Source: Aduncisulcus paluster (taxonomy: Eukaryota). Taken from it: a stretch of 37,092 bases of DNA. The notes beneath the pieces are model-generated. The model had not been told where the DNA came from and searched no databases. It saw only the letters and a list, made by a program, of their open reading frames with translations. Shown in pieces: positions 32,029 through 37,092 of this stretch; positions within the stretch are counted from its first letter, which is position 1; every line of letters starts with the position of its first letter. The stretch spans positions 1-37,092 of the forward strand of contig BQXS01012511.1 in the NCBI GenBank assembly GCA_024181965.1, read 5' to 3'. The position numbers and the translations under genes are program-made.

Positions 32029-32490
32029 TATTTTTTTTATATTTCTTTTTATAAATTGGACCAAAATGGGCTGATAAATGATGGATTTTGAATATTGAGT
32101 CGAGCCGACTATTCACAATGGTCGTCAAGGCGATTTTATTGCAAAAAGAATAGATTATTCAAAGGAATTAGAATTTAGGAGAATTATTTGGAGATAATTT
32201 GAAGTGTTATGCAATAAGTAATTGCCAATAACAATTGTCAAAGAATTTCAAGTTCAAAAACAAACAAAATACATAAATATAACAATACAATGCACTATCG
32301 CATTCCAAAAATAGAATAATGAGAAAAAGATAGATATATATATATATATATAGAGAGAGAGAGGGTAGGAAAGAAGAGGGAGAATACAGTGTTATCATCA
32401 GGATAACACACTTCAAAAAGAAACCCTAATTATATCATAATAATTAATATTCATATCATAATGCTGAAGAAAGTAACAAGATAAAACCTA

Positions 32491-33789
32491 TCACGTCAAG
32501 AAATAAGCCTGAATCATAGCAGCAAGGCATGAAAATATGGTTGCACAACCAACAACCACCCTACAAACTCCTTCACTGAGTTTCATGGCAAAAATAGCAG
32601 AAACAATAGCCCCACCGATGGCCAAAATGGGCATCATTATCATGTAAGGCCAGATTTCAGCGTAGTTTTCGGATGTAAGTCTGAAAGAATGACTGACAAC
32701 ACACACAAATGTCATAATGACCACTTGGGCATTGCTAGTAGCTGTAGCTTGTAACATCTCGAATTTAAGTGCAAAAACAAGGAACATGGCCATCACAAGA
32801 CCTCCACCGCACCCCAACGTTCCAACATATCCGCAACCTGTTAGCAATAAAAGAATATATACGACCAGGCTTTTCTTCTGAGATTTAATTTCATTCCACG
32901 TGGCTCTGTGGTATAATTGCCGAGAGTTATCGCCATTTTCAAGCTCATTTTCATCAGGATTATCCTCCAGGTCGACTGTAGGGATTCTACCGGAAGAAGG
33001 CATAAGAGAAGTTGAGATAGTTCTGTATCTGGAGGGCATTTTAACCTCAGAGACATCAACCCTCGCCTGAGAAAGTAGATTTCCACTATCTTTAGAATCT
33101 GAGAAAGTCGTGGTCGTTGGATCATCAGCAATAATAGGTTGGTCATCAGAGATTGGCCTTTCATCAATTGCAGTTGTTTGGGGATCAACACGATGATGTT
33201 CTTCAATTTCATGGGGACTCAAATCATCAAAAACGTCCTCTTCATCGTCACCGAGTAAGGCTTCACCATCTCCATTCCCGAGGGAAACTGTCCCTTTAAG
33301 TCCAGGTTTGACAGATAAATAATCATCGCCATCAATATCATCGTTCTCAGGACCGAGGAGAGAAGATCCTTGACCCTGAATCTGTGGAGCGGCAGGTTCA
33401 TCGCCTCCTTTGAGCATTCGTACACCAGATACGAGGAAAGGGATTCCAAGAAGACAACCAAAGGGCCCAATAATATTAAATAATTGATCTTCAAAGGTTT
33501 CAAGGAACCAGGCGCTGAAAAAAGTAATGCCGAAGACAACAGGGATGATTATCATTCCACTCATAAAGACCATCTCCCAACAAACACGGTCGCGATACAT
33601 AATAGTAAGAGTGATATTGACAGCAAGATCGGTCAGGAGAGAAAGATAAACTCCTTCAAGGATATCAAATTTGAACACACCAAACACTAGAGGAACGATC
33701 AGATTCCACGCAGTTAGCGAAATTAGAGAGGCACCTACACCAATTAATATACTAACTGGAAGGAAAATGAGAATGTGAATCGGATTCAT
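32491..33789 (-). CDS. Sulfite exporter TauE/SafE (TSUP) family membrane transporter
   Basis: Two 4-TM halves are separated by a long acidic loop. The signature GTLGCGGGLVM…LVFAL…ATATS is in the second half. Confidence 0.8.
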   Translation of the reverse strand: MNPIHILIFLPVSILIGVGASLISLTAWNLIVPLVFGVFKFDILEGVYLSLLTDLAVNITLTIMYRDRVCWEMVFMSGMIIIPVVFGITFFSAWFLETFEDQLFNIIGPFGCLLGIPFLVSGVRMLKGGDEPAAPQIQGQGSSLLGPENDDIDGDDYLSVKPGLKGTVSLGNGDGEALLGDDEEDVFDDLSPHEIEEHHRVDPQTTAIDERPISDDQPIIADDPTTTTFSDSKDSGNLLSQARVDVSEVKMPSRYRTISTSLMPSSGRIPTVDLEDNPDENELENGDNSRQLYHRATWNEIKSQKKSLVVYILLLLTGCGYVGTLGCGGGLVMAMFLVFALKFEMLQATATSNAQVVIMTFVCVVSHSFRLTSENYAEIWPYMIMMPILAIGGAIVSAIFAMKLSEGVCRVVVGCATIFSCLAAMIQAYFLT

Positions 33790-34455
33790 TGATCAAATAA
33801 ATCAAGAATGACTGTGGAGGTCGAAAAAAATGATACTAAGTTAAACAATTGGATAAATATCTCTAAAACAAATAGATTTAACGAATAAGGGGTATTTTAT
33901 CCGTTTTCCCGAGTATTTTGGATATCCAATAGTCAGAAAATTGATGAATTAATTTTGCCCAAAATTTAAGTCTAGGATAATTTGCATGATACTCCAAAAA
34001 TTCATCGTAATTTTGGATTAAATATGATGAGATCATTCATTCTCGTTTGAGATATTTTCCATTAACACGCTATACGCCGCAGGACCGCTGGATTATTATA
34101 GTCCGGAACCTAGTGATTTGATACAATTAAACATTGATAAAACCAAGTTTTATACTAGTGAAATAACATTTATGTTTTTTATATAATCATATTTTTGACC
34201 TTTCAACATGTTAAATGATTTGCTTTGTAGAGGAGTTTCCTTTGATATGATCCTTCTGTTTTGCAATAAAAAATTAATACAATAATATCATCTGCAGGTT
34301 TCACTCCACAAATATTATATCCTTTTATGGGGGCCGGATTGGATAATCATTTTTGTTGTTTGGCTGCATAGATATTATTAATAATTTTTTATATCATTAT
34401 TTATTTTTTTAATATTAGATTTAGTTGCATATTTAACTGACAAAAATACATATTT

Positions 34456-37092
34456 ATGCCTCTTGAAGCCGATATCGCTTTGCAATTACCTCAACTTACT
34501 CTACTCTCGCAGAATCTATCTAGATTGACTGATTCAATTGTTGATATATTTCGAAAATTAAAGCATAATCGATTTTTAATCATATCTGTCATTGTAGGAT
34601 GGTTATACCTTGTTGTTCAAACAGGACGTGTTATAGTGTCAATGAGTGAATTGGCCAAGGAACTTCCACCCACATTAGCAGCCATTCTACGATCTTTTAT
34701 TAGTCTCGGTATTATTGCTGTGCTAATTATTGTTGTTCTAAGTGTATGCGAATTGATTGTGACTTTCCTTGGTTTACCTCGAAACTTTTCTTTTCTTCGA
34801 ATATTAGCTCGTTTATTAGGTCCTGGAATGGTCCCAGAACCAGATATAATTCATTCATCGAGCAAAGACTCACGGATACAAGATGGGGTATCTCATCTCT
34901 CTGATGGTCCCGATTCCACCAGAACTTCACGATATCATTTGGAAGGAATGGACTCATATCATCAAAAACTGCTCCTAGAGCGCCATAAAGCATCTTTTAT
35001 TGATGGATATCATCACTTTAACCCAAGATTGGTTTCAATGTTTCCTTCCTTTGACAACCAACAATCAACATCTCCAAACTCAAAAGATATATCAAGATAT
35101 CGTCAAGTTCCATTCACAGCCCCCCAATCGCCTGGAAAAGAAGGAATCGACCCCCAGATCTCTGACCATCACCATGGATTAACCTCACACCAATCACAAT
35201 ATATATATACGCCCAATCCTCCGAAAGATTTTATTGCTGCAACAAGAGATTCTAGAGAAGAGTCTCTTCCTTCTTCTACTTGTTGTTTATCTGACAAATG
35301 GAGCATTAGTGTTGATGGAAAAGATATATCTCCTCTCACTCCGGCTTTGAAGGAAGAACACCATACCCAGACAAAGGGTCAGATTATGAAAAGAAATGTA
35401 CCAAATAAGCAGACCGGATGGGAGAGAGGTATTTTCGGCAGGCGTAAGAAAGACAAACAAAAAGACAAAGAGATAGCGAGTGAAAAAGAGAAAGATATTA
35501 TTATGGATGGACAAGAAGAATCTATCTCTGAAGAAATTGAAGAAGAGAGAGGAGAGAAGCAGAAGAAAAATATATCAATTTCAATGATATCAAAAGATCT
35601 AATTTTAGAATCAGATGGTACTGATGAGAAAGAAATGAAAAGATGGGAAAGGGAAATCCAAAGAGAATCAAGAATTGGAGATCATGAGCAAGACAAGAAG
35701 CAAGATAAAGGCAAGAAGTCTGTCCTTTCTAGATTTTTTACTTCTAAAAATACGAAGAAGAATAAGAGAGATTCTTCCCCTGAAAGATTCTCTCCTTCTT
35801 CTCCTCCTTCTGCTTCTTCTTCTCCCACTGCTCGTTCTTCTACTGCTCGTTCTTGTTCTGGATCAATTCCGATTGCTGATGGTGAAGATACAATAGGTTA
35901 TGACGTTGAAGGAATGTCTGAAGGATTTCCTTCTTTTTTCCACAGCGAATGTGAACCAACAAAGTCTATTTCCCCATCTTTCCACCGCCATTCTTCTATA
36001 GATCACCCAGTTCTTTTGTCTTCAAGCATTAAAGAAATAGAAGATGATATAATATCTCCCGAGAGTGATCATTCACAGCCCATATATGCACTAAAACCGA
36101 TTCGCTCATATCATTCTCCCTCAGTGAAAGGTTCTGTGAAAAGGAGAGGTGTCACTCATCAAATGTCACTTTCACCCACCCCTACATGTTCGTCTCTGCC
36201 AATTTCTCTCTCTCCATCACACCTCAGCCCTTCAACAATTCCATTTGATAAAAGTTATCAGCATGGTCAGCGTCATTGTTTTCCTCAACAAATCACATAT
36301 CACCAAGATATTAGGTTTAGTATTCATCCGTATTCTGTTCCCTCTTGCCTTTACCTTCCCAACTCCCTTGTTGTGTTTTATATATCCATATTTAACTCGC
36401 TTAATATGATCGAAATAGATCTTAAATCAGGGAAAACGACCAAGACAGACATTCGATCGCACATGTCAATGCCTGCCCTTGAACCTTTAGTCCTGGATAG
36501 TATCCTTGTATCCACTCCAGCACGATCCATTGTATACATCGTGTGTGCGAAGAAAAGGGAGAGGAAAAGGTTGATGGAGGGTGCTCAACAGGGCATTTTA
36601 TTATTTGGAATGCATTTGGGAAGTCGAACATGGAAGTTGGTTGACGTTTCAATGTCGTTTTGTAAGAAAACAAAGCAAGATCATAAACTCCACCCTCCGT
36701 CCTCCCTTGCATATGACACAAAGGGCAGTCTATGTTCTAGTGCTGGAATGAGTGTTGATAGAGGATGTGTGCGCGTGATTAACAAGAAAGATAGCCCTGT
36801 AATCGTATATGTCGATATGATCGAGAGAATGTGCATATTTTCAAGAGATAGCGGACATAATTGGTCACACAAGGTCATAAACTCTCGAATGTTACCTGCC
36901 TTTGGGCCTCTTCACGTTGTTCGCTCCAATGGTGATAAGGATACAGGTTCCTTTTTGAGTCTCCAACCCAGGGGTCAGATTCTGAAGTTTGGAAATACCG
37001 GTTTGCTTCGGTGGAGAATTCGAAATAATTCCTCGATGCTCAAAAGTAAGAAGAACGATTTCTCAAGTATTTGTGGTGCTCATGGTGTCATT
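34456..37092 (+). CDS. Hypothetical membrane protein, 3'-truncated: two N-terminal TM segments, a long disordered region and a C-terminal beta-propeller-like region
   Basis: Translated manually, the frame is open from ATG 34456 to the window end (879 codons); it is absent from the ORF track because it has no stop. TM segments are FLIISVIVGWLYLVV and FISLGIIAVLIIVVLSVCELIVTFLGL. An Asp-box-like SRDSGHNW lies at 36841-36864. Confidence 0.8.
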   Translation, partial: MPLEADIALQLPQLTLLSQNLSRLTDSIVDIFRKLKHNRFLIISVIVGWLYLVVQTGRVIVSMSELAKELPPTLAAILRSFISLGIIAVLIIVVLSVCELIVTFLGLPRNFSFLRILARLLGPGMVPEPDIIHSSSKDSRIQDGVSHLSDGPDSTRTSRYHLEGMDSYHQKLLLERHKASFIDGYHHFNPRLVSMFPSFDNQQSTSPNSKDISRYRQVPFTAPQSPGKEGIDPQISDHHHGLTSHQSQYIYTPNPPKDFIAATRDSREESLPSSTCCLSDKWSISVDGKDISPLTPALKEEHHTQTKGQIMKRNVPNKQTGWERGIFGRRKKDKQKDKEIASEKEKDIIMDGQEESISEEIEEERGEKQKKNISISMISKDLILESDGTDEKEMKRWEREIQRESRIGDHEQDKKQDKGKKSVLSRFFTSKNTKKNKRDSSPERFSPSSPPSASSSPTARSSTARSCSGSIPIADGEDTIGYDVEGMSEGFPSFFHSECEPTKSISPSFHRHSSIDHPVLLSSSIKEIEDDIISPESDHSQPIYALKPIRSYHSPSVKGSVKRRGVTHQMSLSPTPTCSSLPISLSPSHLSPSTIPFDKSYQHGQRHCFPQQITYHQDIRFSIHPYSVPSCLYLPNSLVVFYISIFNSLNMIEIDLKSGKTTKTDIRSHMSMPALEPLVLDSILVSTPARSIVYIVCAKKRERKRLMEGAQQGILLFGMHLGSRTWKLVDVSMSFCKKTKQDHKLHPPSSLAYDTKGSLCSSAGMSVDRGCVRVINKKDSPVIVYVDMIERMCIFSRDSGHNWSHKVINSRMLPAFGPLHVVRSNGDKDTGSFLSLQPRGQILKFGNTGLLRWRIRNNSSMLKSKKNDFSSICGAHGVI

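Noticed and set aside
1-37092. Alternative genetic code (TAA/TAG = Gln, as in hexamitid diplomonads)
   Set aside because: Conserved genes end at TAA or TAG at the expected positions (POP4, PBDC1), and long ORFs contain no in-frame TAR codons.
1-37092. CRISPR arrays, tRNA genes or rRNA genes
   Set aside because: No regularly spaced repeat-spacer array, cloverleaf or rRNA-conserved sequence was seen by eye.

Overview
AT-rich, gene-dense eukaryotic (protist) genomic scaffold. It uses the standard genetic code and has short GT-AG spliceosomal introns, mostly with GTATGT donors. The kinase/repeat family and composition resemble a free-living fornicate such as Aduncisulcus paluster (recall-based inference, not verified). 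In order, the window holds: the 3' end of a Ty3/gypsy chromovirus (integrase, chromodomain, PPT, LTR); a two-exon LBP/BPI gene; a palindrome- and repeat-rich intergenic zone (4.1-6.3 kb); a Cys-rich type II membrane protein gene with a 1-nt frame break; an SH3 protein; a three-exon protein kinase with seven ~165-aa repeats of an unnamed domain; two hypothetical genes; a large WD40-like protein; POP4; PBDC1; a TM-RING protein; an intronless bacterial-type Fic (AMPylase-family) gene; a TauE/SafE transporter; and a long ORF running off the right edge. All three 20-N gaps are flanked by exact duplications, which are assembly artefacts. The strongest leads are the repeat-array kinase, the probably horizontally acquired Fic gene and the frame-broken surface protein.
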